This document shows positions 48,863-57,318 of a stretch of 64,000 bases of DNA, in pieces. Position 1 is the first letter of the stretch, and each line of letters begins with the position of its first letter. A program made the position numbers and the translations under genes. The notes beneath the pieces are model-generated. The model saw only the letters and a list, made by a program, of their open reading frames with translations, had not been told where the DNA came from and did no database searches. This DNA comes from Deltaproteobacteria bacterium (GTDB lineage Bacteria > Desulfobacterota > Binatia > UBA12015): assembly GCA_016874795.1 (NCBI GenBank), contig VGTG01000008.1, positions 9,342-73,341 of the forward strand, written 5' to 3'.

Positions 48863-49070
48863 TCGATCCGGGGCGTCCCGCCACGAGCTCCCTCGCGGGG
48901 TCGAGGCTTCGCCGTCGCGATCGTCCTGCTGACGGTCGGCGTCTCCCTGTGGGCCTCCTCGCACGCGATCGTCCTTCCGCTGTACGGGCTCGCGCTGTTC
49001 GTCGGCGTGCCGTTCTTCATCGGGTTCTTCCCCGTTTCGCTGTTCGGCTTCGTGCGGCATCTTCCTTCTC
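48863..49070 (+). pseudogene. Start-less membrane protein fragment
   Basis: Open hydrophobic frame after the lipase stop (FAVAIVLLTVG...YGLALFVGVPFFIGF) with coding-like codons, no start codon, degrading afterwards. Confidence 0.35.
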
Positions 49071-49154
49071 CACGATCCGTGCTATGGTCGCGCCCGCTTC
49101 GAGCAGCATGGGATCGCGTCGGGCGCCCGCGAAGGCGCCTCAAAGGAGGTCCAC

Positions 49155-49301
49155 ATGGGCGGCTTTCTCGCGATGATCGTCCTGGGATTGATCATCGGGG
49201 CGGTGGCCAAGCTCGTCATGCCGGGTGACGACCCCGGCGGGATCATCGTCACGATCCTGCTGCTGTTCGGCTACCGCATGCTGACGCGATCACGCGCGTA
49301 G
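49155..49301 (+). pseudogene. GlsB/YeaQ/YmgE (transglycosylase-associated) protein with internal in-frame deletion
   Basis: RBS AAAGGAGG; MGGFLAMIVLGLIIGAVAKLVMPGDDPGGIIVTILL joined directly to LFGYRMLTRSRA* (48 aa); absent from ORF track. Confidence 0.72.
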
Positions 49302-49410
49302 CCAGCGTCGCGTCGCTAGCCCCCAGGAGATCGTCGAGAAGTCCCATGACCACCTCCTCGTCTTCGGTTCGAGTCGAGTCCTATACCCGCACGGCGGATC
49401 GCGGAAGGGC

Positions 49411-50691
49411 TCAGCTCGTGCGCTGCCGGGACGGGTCGGGACGCGACCCCGTGTAGACGGCGCGCGGGCGCAGCTCCGAGGGCTGCTCGTACTCCTCGAT
49501 CGCGTGCGCGATCCAGCCCGACATCCGTGCGAGCGCAAAGAGGAGCTCGCCCGTGCCGCGCGGCAAGCGGAACGCGTGCGTCAGCGCGGCGATGCCGAGA
49601 TCGACGTTCGGCGCCGGGAGCCCACGCTTCGAAGCCGCCTCGAGGAACGCCTCGACCTCGCCGAGGCGCTTCGCGTCGCGCGCGGCCTCGCGGACCAGCA
49701 CCAGCAGCGCACGAGCCCGCGGATCTCCTTCGGGATAGATCGCGTGGCCGATCCCCGGCAGCTTCTCGCCGCCTCGCAGGTAGCGATCGATCACGGGAGC
49801 GACGTCGCCCGCGTCCTCGATCTCCGCGAGAAGAGCTTCCGCCGCGACCGAGACCGCGCCGTGCCGCGCGCCGCCGAGCACGCCGAGACCGGCCCCGAGC
49901 GCGCCGTACGGATCGGCGCGAAACGCCGCCGCGATGCGCACGGCGAAGGTCGAAGCCGCGAGCTCGTGATCGGCGAGGAGAACGAGCGCGCCGTCGAGCG
50001 CTTCGAGCTGGCGTCCCGCCGCGGGCCGCGCGGAGACGCGATCCCAGACGCGCGAGGCGAAGCTCGCGGGCTCGCGTCGTCGCTCTTCGCGTCCACCGCC
50101 GCGCCGCCGCGGCAAGCACTCGACGAGAGTCGCGAGGAGACGCCGCGCCGCACCGGCGACCGCTTCGCGGCGCAGGTCGTGCCGGAACGGATCGGTGCCC
50201 GCGAGTGCCGCGACCACGACGCGAACGCGATCGAACGCGAGCGTCCGAGCCGGAAGAACGCATTGCACGGCGCGCCCGAGGGTCACGCCGGCGGGGTCCG
50301 GCCGCCACGGCGGCGGCTTCGCGAGCTCGCCCGTCCAGAGGAATTCCGCGACCTGCTCGAAGGTGTGCTTTCTCGCGAGCGCGATCGGATCGCGGCCGCG
50401 ATAGTAGTACCGGCCGCCCTCGATCGTCGTCACCGCCGACTCGATCCGGACCTCCCGGCCGGAGCGATCGGGAACGCGACCGCGCCCAGCGAGCCGATCG
50501 ACCTCGACGGGATCGAAGGTGCTCCCGCGGACGCCGCTCGCGCGCTCGCGGGTGAGGAGCCCGCGGCTGACGTACGCGTAGAGCGTCTCGCGCTTGATGC
50601 CGAGACGCGCCGAGGCCTCGGCGGCCGACAGCCGGGTCCGCGCCGGTGCGGATGGCGAGGATGACGCCCGATCCACCTCGACATTGATCAT
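49411..50691 (-). CDS. N-terminal HTH fused to citrate synthase-like domain (putative regulator)
   Basis: LSAAEASARLGIKRETLYAYVSRGLL HTH; ADHELAASTF, RHG, GIGHAIYPEGDPR, PNVD, RMSGWIAH. Confidence 0.88.
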   Translation of the reverse strand: MINVEVDRASSSPSAPARTRLSAAEASARLGIKRETLYAYVSRGLLTRERASGVRGSTFDPVEVDRLAGRGRVPDRSGREVRIESAVTTIEGGRYYYRGRDPIALARKHTFEQVAEFLWTGELAKPPPWRPDPAGVTLGRAVQCVLPARTLAFDRVRVVVAALAGTDPFRHDLRREAVAGAARRLLATLVECLPRRRGGGREERRREPASFASRVWDRVSARPAAGRQLEALDGALVLLADHELAASTFAVRIAAAFRADPYGALGAGLGVLGGARHGAVSVAAEALLAEIEDAGDVAPVIDRYLRGGEKLPGIGHAIYPEGDPRARALLVLVREAARDAKRLGEVEAFLEAASKRGLPAPNVDLGIAALTHAFRLPRGTGELLFALARMSGWIAHAIEEYEQPSELRPRAVYTGSRPDPSRQRTS

Positions 50692-50726
50692 GCGTCAAAA
50701 TTGATCAATATAGGGCGGTCTGTCAA
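50683..50726. promoter_or_regulatory. Palindromic operator-like site overlapping a candidate sigma70 promoter
   Basis: ATTGATCA-N11-TGATCAAT (50683..50709), AT-rich in a GC-rich background; minus-strand TTGACA(50726..50721)-N17-CAATTT-N6-ATG(50691). Confidence 0.55.
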
Positions 50727-50765
50727 CGTTCCTCCGTCCGAACGAGCCAGCGAAGGGAGGAGCAC

Positions 50766-52262
50766 GTGGAAGAGCACCTCGAGGAGATCATGAACCGCGA
50801 GCCGCTAGTGGTGGCACCGGAAGGCTCGCTGGCCGCCGCAGCGGCGGCGATGCAGTCGCGCGGCGTCGGCGCCGCGGTCGTCGTCGACGGTCCGAGCGTC
50901 GCCGGCATCCTCACCGAGCGCGATCTCGCACGCGCCGCCGCAGCGGGTGTCCGTCCGGCGGACGTTCCGGTCTCGAGCTGGATGACGGCGGCACCGCTCA
51001 CGATGTCACCCGCCGACGACCCGACGGAGGCGATCGACCGCATGCTCGGCTGCCACTTCCGGCACATTCCCGTGTGCGACGGCGAGCGGCTCGTCGGGAT
51101 CGTCTCGCTCCGGCGTCTCGTCCGCGCGGCGAGCGTCGGGAAGGTCGATCCGTGGACACCCGGAAGCAGCCGCGGCCTCGAGAACGTGGTCGTCGGCGAG
51201 ACGCGGCTTTCGCACATCGACGGCGCGCGCGGGCAGCTCGTCCTCTCGGGGTACGACGCGACCGTGCTCGCGCGCGATCGCTCGTTCGAGGACGTGTGGG
51301 GTCTGCTGCACGACGGTGCCCTCCCCGAGGGAGAAGCGTTCGCGCGGCGGGTGGCGCGTCTTCGAGCGGAGCCCCTCGCGGTCGACCTGCTCGTCGCGCT
51401 CGCGCGACGGCCGGGCGCGCCGATGGCGCAGCTTCAGGCGGCGATCGCCGGAACCGGTGCGGCGTGGACTCTCCGTCCCTGGTACGAGCGCGAACCCGAC
51501 GAGCTCGCGGAGGAAGCTCTCCGCATCGGCGCGATCGTTCCGGCGCTCGTGGCCGCGCTGTGGCGGCTCGGGCGCGGTCTCGAGCCCGTACCAGCGGATG
51601 CGTCGCTCGGGCACGCTGCCGACTACCTCCGCATGTTGCACGGCGTGTCCGCGGGCGGCGCGGAGGTGCGCGCGCTCGATCGCTACCTCGTCCTCGCGGC
51701 CGAGCACGGCATGAACGCCTCGACGTTCACGGCGCGCGTGATCGCCTCGACCGGGGCGGACGTGGCGGCGGCGTTCGCCGGCGCCGCGGGTGCGTTCGCG
51801 GGGCCGCTGCACGGAGGCGCTCCCTCGCTCGTCCTCGACATGCTGGACGAGATCGAGAAGCCGGAGCGCGCGCCCGATTGGCTCGACGAAGCACTTCGTG
51901 GAAAGCGCCGGATCATGGGCTTCGGTCACCGCGTCTATCGCGCGGAGGACCCGCGCGCGGCGTGTCTACGCGAGACCGCCGTCGAGCTCGGCGGCGATCG
52001 CATCGAGCTCGCGCGGCTCGTCGAGGAAGAGGCCTTGCGGCGGCTGCGCGCGGCGAAGCCGGATCGAGCGCTGTACACGAACGTCGAGTTCTGGGCGGCG
52101 ATCGTGCTCGAGCGCGTCGGCGTTCCTCGTGAGCTCTTCACGTCGACGTTCGCCGTGGCACGTGCTGCAGGCTGGGCTTCGCACGTGATCGAGCAAGCGC
52201 ACGACAATCGATTGATCCGGCCGACCGCGGTGTATCGCGGCCCCGAAGTGACGCCATGGTGA
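50766..52262 (+). CDS. CBS-pair domain fused to citrate synthase
   Basis: GILTERDL, FRHIPV, LVGIVSLR CBS motifs; GLENVVVGETRLSHIDG, EHGMNASTF, GPLHGGA, MGFGHRVY, DPRA, NVEFW, LIRP. Confidence 0.9.
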   Translation: MEEHLEEIMNREPLVVAPEGSLAAAAAAMQSRGVGAAVVVDGPSVAGILTERDLARAAAAGVRPADVPVSSWMTAAPLTMSPADDPTEAIDRMLGCHFRHIPVCDGERLVGIVSLRRLVRAASVGKVDPWTPGSSRGLENVVVGETRLSHIDGARGQLVLSGYDATVLARDRSFEDVWGLLHDGALPEGEAFARRVARLRAEPLAVDLLVALARRPGAPMAQLQAAIAGTGAAWTLRPWYEREPDELAEEALRIGAIVPALVAALWRLGRGLEPVPADASLGHAADYLRMLHGVSAGGAEVRALDRYLVLAAEHGMNASTFTARVIASTGADVAAAFAGAAGAFAGPLHGGAPSLVLDMLDEIEKPERAPDWLDEALRGKRRIMGFGHRVYRAEDPRAACLRETAVELGGDRIELARLVEEEALRRLRAAKPDRALYTNVEFWAAIVLERVGVPRELFTSTFAVARAAGWASHVIEQAHDNRLIRPTAVYRGPEVTPW

Positions 52263-52265
52263 GCC

Positions 52266-52445
52266 GTGACGCTCGTCTCGCACGGGCCGGCGTTTCTCGT
52301 TCCGGTCGCGCTCGCGGGCCTGGTCGCCTTCATCCTGACGCCGATCTCGAAGGGCCTCGAGCGGGTCGGCATCCACCGCGTGATCGCGGTCGCGTTGCTG
52401 GTGGTCGTGACGCTCGTCGCCAGCGGGTGCGGATCAGCTAGCTGA
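52266..52445 (+). pseudogene. AI-2E family transporter N-terminal fragment
   Basis: FLVPVALAGLVAFILTPISKGLERVGIHRVIAVALLVV resembles AI-2E TM2-amphipathic helix; stops after about 59 codons against the next gene. Confidence 0.5.
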
Positions 52446-52767
52446 CGCGAGAGCCCGGCTTGATCTCGCTCTTCGGCTGCAGCAGCGCGAGCCCGGCTTC
52501 GTCCTTCGCCGCGAGGAGCATGCCCTGGCTCTCGACGCCGCGCAGGCGCGTCGGCTTCAGGTTCGCGACGACGACGATCTGCTGACCGACGAGGGAAGCG
52601 GGATCGTAGGCCGCGCGGATCCCGGCGACGAGCTGGCGCTCCTGCTCCTCGCCGACGTCGACCGACAGGACGACGAGGCGGTCCGCGTCGGGATGAGCCT
52701 CGGCCTTGCGGATCGTGCCGACGCGGAGGTCGATGCGGGCGAAGTCGTCGATCGTGATCTGCTCCAT
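52438..52767 (-). CDS. Stand-alone tRNA-binding OB-fold protein (MetRS C-terminal/Trbp111/CsaA-like)
   Basis: ITIDDFARIDLRVG, HPDADRL, RQLVAGI, VANLKP, GVESQGMLLAA. Confidence 0.9.
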   Translation of the reverse strand: MEQITIDDFARIDLRVGTIRKAEAHPDADRLVVLSVDVGEEQERQLVAGIRAAYDPASLVGQQIVVVANLKPTRLRGVESQGMLLAAKDEAGLALLQPKSEIKPGSRVS

Positions 52768-52817
52768 GGGAACCTCGCTGCCGTTCGAATCTCGAATCGG
52801 GATCGGAATCGTCGTGT

Positions 52818-53300
52818 TCAGGACGTCGCCCGACGACGCCCCGTGGGGCGTCCGCCGCTCGGAAGCTTCTTGCCGCAGCCCGCGCAGAACGTCGCCGAAC
52901 GGCCGAAGCGATGGCCGCAGCTCGGACAGAAGCCCCCGCTAGCGGCTTCCGGCGTGCCGCCGCCGTGTCCACGGACGGCGCGCAACCCGGGCTCCGCGCC
53001 CGCCTCGCGACCGGCGGCATCGCGTCCGCTCGCGGCATCGAGAGCGGCGATCGCTCGCAGCGCCCGCTGCTCGAGCTCCGCTCGAAGCGCGGCGTGATCG
53101 CCGTCCGACAGCTTGCCGACGCTGTGATCGAAATCCGTGTCGCGGATCGCGAGGAGCGCGGCGTCCTTCTCCTTCTCGAGGTCGCTCGCCTCGAGAACCG
53201 GCTCGACGGCCTCTTCGGGCGGCGTTCCCGCGAGGAGCGGCCACGCGACGTACACGGCGGCGAGGACGACGAGGACGAGTCCGACGAGCGTGATCAGCAC
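52818..53300 (-). CDS. CcmI-like N-terminus with C-terminal zinc ribbon
   Basis: RBS GAGGAG; TM plus AIRDTDFDHSVGKLS; CPSCG...FCAGCG; downstream of ccmH. Confidence 0.7.
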   Translation of the reverse strand: MLITLVGLVLVVLAAVYVAWPLLAGTPPEEAVEPVLEASDLEKEKDAALLAIRDTDFDHSVGKLSDGDHAALRAELEQRALRAIAALDAASGRDAAGREAGAEPGLRAVRGHGGGTPEAASGGFCPSCGHRFGRSATFCAGCGKKLPSGGRPTGRRRATS

Positions 53301-53319
53301 GCGGTGCTCCTCGTCCTTT

Positions 53320-53814
53320 TCATCGGTCGAGCTCGCGAAGCTCGCGCTCGAGGCGCTCGCGCAGCTCGGGAGCGAGCGGATCCGCATCGGAGCGCACGAC
53401 CGCCGGACCCGCAGGCGAAGCCGCGCTGCCGCGCCGCCAGCGCCACAGCACGAACCCGACGAGAATCCCGCCCAGCCCGATCGCGATGAACGGCACCGTC
53501 CACGCGGCGATGTTGAAGCCGCGCGTCGTCGGCGAGGACAGGATCTTCTCGCCGTACGTGCCTTCGAAGTGCTCGAGGATCTGCTGCAGCGAGCGTCCCT
53601 GCGCGATCTGCTCCGCGATCTCCGCCTTGAGCGGCATCGCCGAGCTGCAGTTCAGGTGGTTGCACGAGTGCACCGTCAAGCCGCAGCCGCATTGGCAGGT
53701 GAGAGCGGTCTCCGCCTCGACCTGCGTCGGCGTCGCGGACGTCTCCGGAGCGGAGCCGCAGCTCCCGACGAGAATCAGGAGAGCCGCGAGAGCGAGCGCT
53801 CCCGGAAGCCTCAA
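53320..53814 (-). CDS. ccmH: Cytochrome c biogenesis protein CcmH-like
   Basis: LTCQCGC...C...C, YGEKILSSP, AWTVP then TM; TTG overlapping ccmF stop. Confidence 0.75.
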   Translation of the reverse strand: MRLPGALALAALLILVGSCGSAPETSATPTQVEAETALTCQCGCGLTVHSCNHLNCSSAMPLKAEIAEQIAQGRSLQQILEHFEGTYGEKILSSPTTRGFNIAAWTVPFIAIGLGGILVGFVLWRWRRGSAASPAGPAVVRSDADPLAPELRERLERELRELDR

Positions 53815-55802
53815 GTGGCCGTCCGCGAGCCCGCCGGCACCCGCGACGTCGCCTCGGCGGTCCGCTCCGCATACGAGGGCCACATGCAGATCACGGTTCC
53901 GATCACGAGGACGAAGCCGCCGATCCACATCCACGAGATCATCGGGTTCAGGAAGACCTGGAAGACTCCAGTACCCGACTTCGTGTCGTAGCTGCCGAGC
54001 ACGACGTAGAGATCCGCGCCGAGCGTCGACCAGATCGAGACCTCCGTCGTCGGTTGCTCGGGCTTCCGATAGAAGCGCTTCTCGGGGAGCACCTCGCCGA
54101 GCTGCTTTCCGTCCTCCCACACGGAGAGGCGCGCCTTCCGGATGTCGACGTGCGAATCGCTCTCGTCGAACACGCCCTCGAAGCGGAGCGTGTAATCGCC
54201 GACCTCGACGGCCTGGCCCGCGGTGAGACCCTTCTGGATCTCGATCCGGAAGACGGACGAAGCGACGATGCCGATGAAGACCATCACGACGCCGACGTGG
54301 ATCACGTAGCCGCCGTAGCGCCGGCGGTTCTTGCCGATGAGCCGCGACAGCGCGGTCCAGGGCGCCTCGCCCATCATCTGCTGGCGGACGCGCATCCCGC
54401 GCCAGAACTCGCTGCCGACCGTCGCGAGAGCGAACGCGGAGACGGAGAACGCGACGATCGCGTAGAAGTTCCCGGCGCCGAGCAGCAGCGCCGCGAGCCC
54501 GGTGCCGACGCCCGCGCCGACGGGTCCGATGAAGCTCCGCTGCAGGCTCGTCCAGCTCGCGCGCCGCCACGCGATCACGGGTCCGACGCCCATCAGGAAG
54601 ACCAGCGCGATCCCGAGTGGCGCGTTCACGCGATTGAAGAACGGAGGACCGACGGTGATCTTGACGCCGCGCACCCACTCGGAGAGGACCGGGAACACCG
54701 TTCCCCAGAACACCGTGAACGCGATGCCGACGAGGATCAGGTTGTTCAGGAGGAACGCCGCCTCGCGCGAGAAGATCGACTCGAGCTCGTTCCGGCTCTT
54801 CAAGAGCGGCAGCCGCCAGAAGAGCAGCCCGAGCGAGATCGCGAGGGCGATGCCGAGAAAGATCAGGAAGAACGGTCCGAGGCCGGACTGCGTGAAGGAA
54901 TGCACGGACGAGATCACGCCCGAGCGCGTCAGGAACGTCCCGAAGATCGTCAAGGAGAAGGTCAGGATCACGAGGACCATGTTCCAGACCTTCAGCATGT
55001 CCTTCTTCTCCTGGATCATCACCGAGTGGAGGTACGCGGTGGCGGTGAGCCAGGGCATGAAGGCGGCGTTCTCGACGGGGTCCCACGCCCAGTAGCCTCC
55101 CCAGCCGAGCACCACGTACGCCCACGCGGCGCCGAAGAGGTTGCCGAGGGAGAGGAAGAACCAGGAGAAGAGCGCCCAGCGCCGCGTCGTGCGGATCCAC
55201 GCGTCGCCGAGCTTGCCGGTGACGAGCGCCGCGACGGCGAACGCGAAGGGGACCGTCGTCGAGACGAAGCCGAGGTAGAGCGACGGCGGATGGATCGTCA
55301 TCCAGTAGTTCTGCAGGAGCGGATTCAGATCCGAGCCCTCGGTCGGCGTGAACGGCAGCCGCTCGAAGGGATCGGTGACGAACACGAGGAGCGAGAGGAA
55401 GAACGCGCCCGTCGCGAGCAGCGTCGCCGTGACGTACGGCATCTGATCGCGGTTCTTGCGCCTGTTCTGGAGCTGGACGATCGCGTTGAACGTCGCGAGT
55501 ATGAAGGTCCACCAGAGGAGCGAGCCCTTCATCCCGCCCCAGAGGGCGGCGATCGTGTACTGCAGCGGCAGCGTCGAGGAGCTGTAGGACGCGACGTACT
55601 CGACGTTGAAGTCGCGCGCGAGGAGGAGCTGCAGCAGAGCGAGCACGGCGATCCCGGTCAGCGCCGAGAATGCGTACGCCGCGTGCATCCCACTCGCGAT
55701 CAAGCCCTGATTTCGCCGCAGGCCCCCGACGACGCTCGCTCCGATGCCCCAGAGGGCAACGAGAAAGCCGAGGACGATCGCCAGACGTCCGATCTCGCCC
55801 AT
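53811..55802 (-). CDS. ccmF: Cytochrome c heme lyase CcmF
   Basis: LNPLLQN, IHPPSLYLG, WGGYWAWDPVENA WWD domain, FLTRSG, SVHSF. Confidence 0.95.
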   Translation of the reverse strand: MGEIGRLAIVLGFLVALWGIGASVVGGLRRNQGLIASGMHAAYAFSALTGIAVLALLQLLLARDFNVEYVASYSSSTLPLQYTIAALWGGMKGSLLWWTFILATFNAIVQLQNRRKNRDQMPYVTATLLATGAFFLSLLVFVTDPFERLPFTPTEGSDLNPLLQNYWMTIHPPSLYLGFVSTTVPFAFAVAALVTGKLGDAWIRTTRRWALFSWFFLSLGNLFGAAWAYVVLGWGGYWAWDPVENAAFMPWLTATAYLHSVMIQEKKDMLKVWNMVLVILTFSLTIFGTFLTRSGVISSVHSFTQSGLGPFFLIFLGIALAISLGLLFWRLPLLKSRNELESIFSREAAFLLNNLILVGIAFTVFWGTVFPVLSEWVRGVKITVGPPFFNRVNAPLGIALVFLMGVGPVIAWRRASWTSLQRSFIGPVGAGVGTGLAALLLGAGNFYAIVAFSVSAFALATVGSEFWRGMRVRQQMMGEAPWTALSRLIGKNRRRYGGYVIHVGVVMVFIGIVASSVFRIEIQKGLTAGQAVEVGDYTLRFEGVFDESDSHVDIRKARLSVWEDGKQLGEVLPEKRFYRKPEQPTTEVSIWSTLGADLYVVLGSYDTKSGTGVFQVFLNPMISWMWIGGFVLVIGTVICMWPSYAERTAEATSRVPAGSRTAT

Positions 55803-55833
55803 GCCGACCTCGACCCGGCTCGCTGCGCCGGGC

Positions 55834-56340
55834 TCAGCCGGCTGCGAGCTCGGCGCTGCGCTCCGGCTCGGCCCCCGCTTGCGTGGGGTCGGTCTGCTCG
55901 GCTTCGTACTTCGAAGGGCAGGTCGTGAGGAGCGTGTCCGCCTCGAACACCTGATTCGTGACGCGTCCTTCGACGATCACGTCGCGACCTTCCGCGAACA
56001 TGTCCGGGAGGATGCCGTTGTACTTGACTGCGAGGATCGCGCCCGGCGGGGGAGGCGGTGCGACTTCCGCGGCGACCGCTTCGGCGCCCTTCGCCTTATT
56101 CGGCGGAATCGGCTGCATCGCGAACTCGAGATCGAGAGTCTTCGGATCCCAGCGGATGCTGCCGTCGCTCACGCGTCCGGCGAGGCGAAGCGGCTTCCCC
56201 GAGTGCGCTGCGGCGTCGGCCGCGTACTCGTCCATCGTGAGGAAGTAGGCCGAGGTTTCTCGGGCTGCGGTGTAGATCAGCGCCGCCACGGCGACCACGA
56301 TGACGAGGGAGCCGAGGAAGAACTTGGACTTACGGTTCAT
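55834..56340 (-). CDS. ccmE: Heme chaperone CcmE, CxxxY variant
   Basis: LRLAGRVSDGSI, YNGILPDMFAEGRDVIVEG, LLTTCPSKY. Confidence 0.9.
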   Translation of the reverse strand: MNRKSKFFLGSLVIVVAVAALIYTAARETSAYFLTMDEYAADAAAHSGKPLRLAGRVSDGSIRWDPKTLDLEFAMQPIPPNKAKGAEAVAAEVAPPPPPGAILAVKYNGILPDMFAEGRDVIVEGRVTNQVFEADTLLTTCPSKYEAEQTDPTQAGAEPERSAELAAG

Positions 56341-56398
56341 GCGCTTTCCATCGAAGCTACCCGATGCCATATGAGGACGCAATCGACGTTGCGTCCCG

Positions 56399-57214
56399 AT
56401 GGAGAGCCTCGCGACACTCTGGAAGCCCGCTTTTCTGGGAATCCTGGAGGGGCTGACCGAGTTCGTACCGGTCTCCTCGACCGGGCATCTGATCGTGGCG
56501 AGCCATTTCCTCGGCTACGGCTCGCCCGAGTTCGAGATCATCATCCAGCTCGGCGCGATGTTCGCGCTCACCTGGTGCACCAAGGAGCGGATCCTCGAGC
56601 TGTCGGGCGTGCGATTCTCGGGCGGTCTCGGAATGCGGCCGGAGGGTCGCGCGTTTCTGGCGCGTGTCCTCGTCGCGTTCCTGCCCGCGGCGCTCGTGGG
56701 ATTTCTGATGCACGACCTCGTCGAGACGTACCTGTTCCGTCCCTCGTTCGTCGCGCTGATGCTCGTCGTCGGCGGCGTGCTGATCCTGCTGATCGACGGC
56801 CCGAACCGGCGCGGCGGCATCGCCGACGTCGAGCACATGAGCTTCGCGCAGGCGATCGCCATCGGGATCGGGCAGTGCCTCTCGCTCTTGCCGGGCGTGT
56901 CGCGTTCGGGTGCGACGATCCTCACGGGGCTCGTCGCCGGCTTGTCGCGCGCCGCGGCGACGGAGTTCTCGTTCTTCCTCGCGCTGCCGACGATGTACGC
57001 GGCCGGGCTCTACACCGTGTGGAAGGCGCGCGACCGTCTTGCGGACGAGCTCGGGCTCGGGATGCTCGTCGGGCTCCTCGCGGCCTACGTGAGCTCGCTG
57101 ATCGTGATCCGCGCGTTCCTGCGCTTCGTGCAGACGAACTCGCTGCGGCCCTTCGGCTGGTACCGCATCGTGTTCGGCCTCTTCCTGCTCGCGTTCTTCT
57201 TGATCCCGCACTGA
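56399..57214 (+). CDS. uppP: Undecaprenyl-diphosphate phosphatase
   Basis: EGLTEFVPVSSTGHL, IQLGA, PGVSRSGAT, EFSFFLALP, FGWYR. Confidence 0.95.
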   Translation: MESLATLWKPAFLGILEGLTEFVPVSSTGHLIVASHFLGYGSPEFEIIIQLGAMFALTWCTKERILELSGVRFSGGLGMRPEGRAFLARVLVAFLPAALVGFLMHDLVETYLFRPSFVALMLVVGGVLILLIDGPNRRGGIADVEHMSFAQAIAIGIGQCLSLLPGVSRSGATILTGLVAGLSRAAATEFSFFLALPTMYAAGLYTVWKARDRLADELGLGMLVGLLAAYVSSLIVIRAFLRFVQTNSLRPFGWYRIVFGLFLLAFFLIPH

Positions 57215-57318
57215 GATCGCCATCTTGCGGGCGGACCGCCAATGCCAAGTTGCTCTCGGACGGCGTGTCGTCCGACAACAGCGACCGCGTCGGTCGTCCA
57301 TTTCGGCTGCAACGCGGA

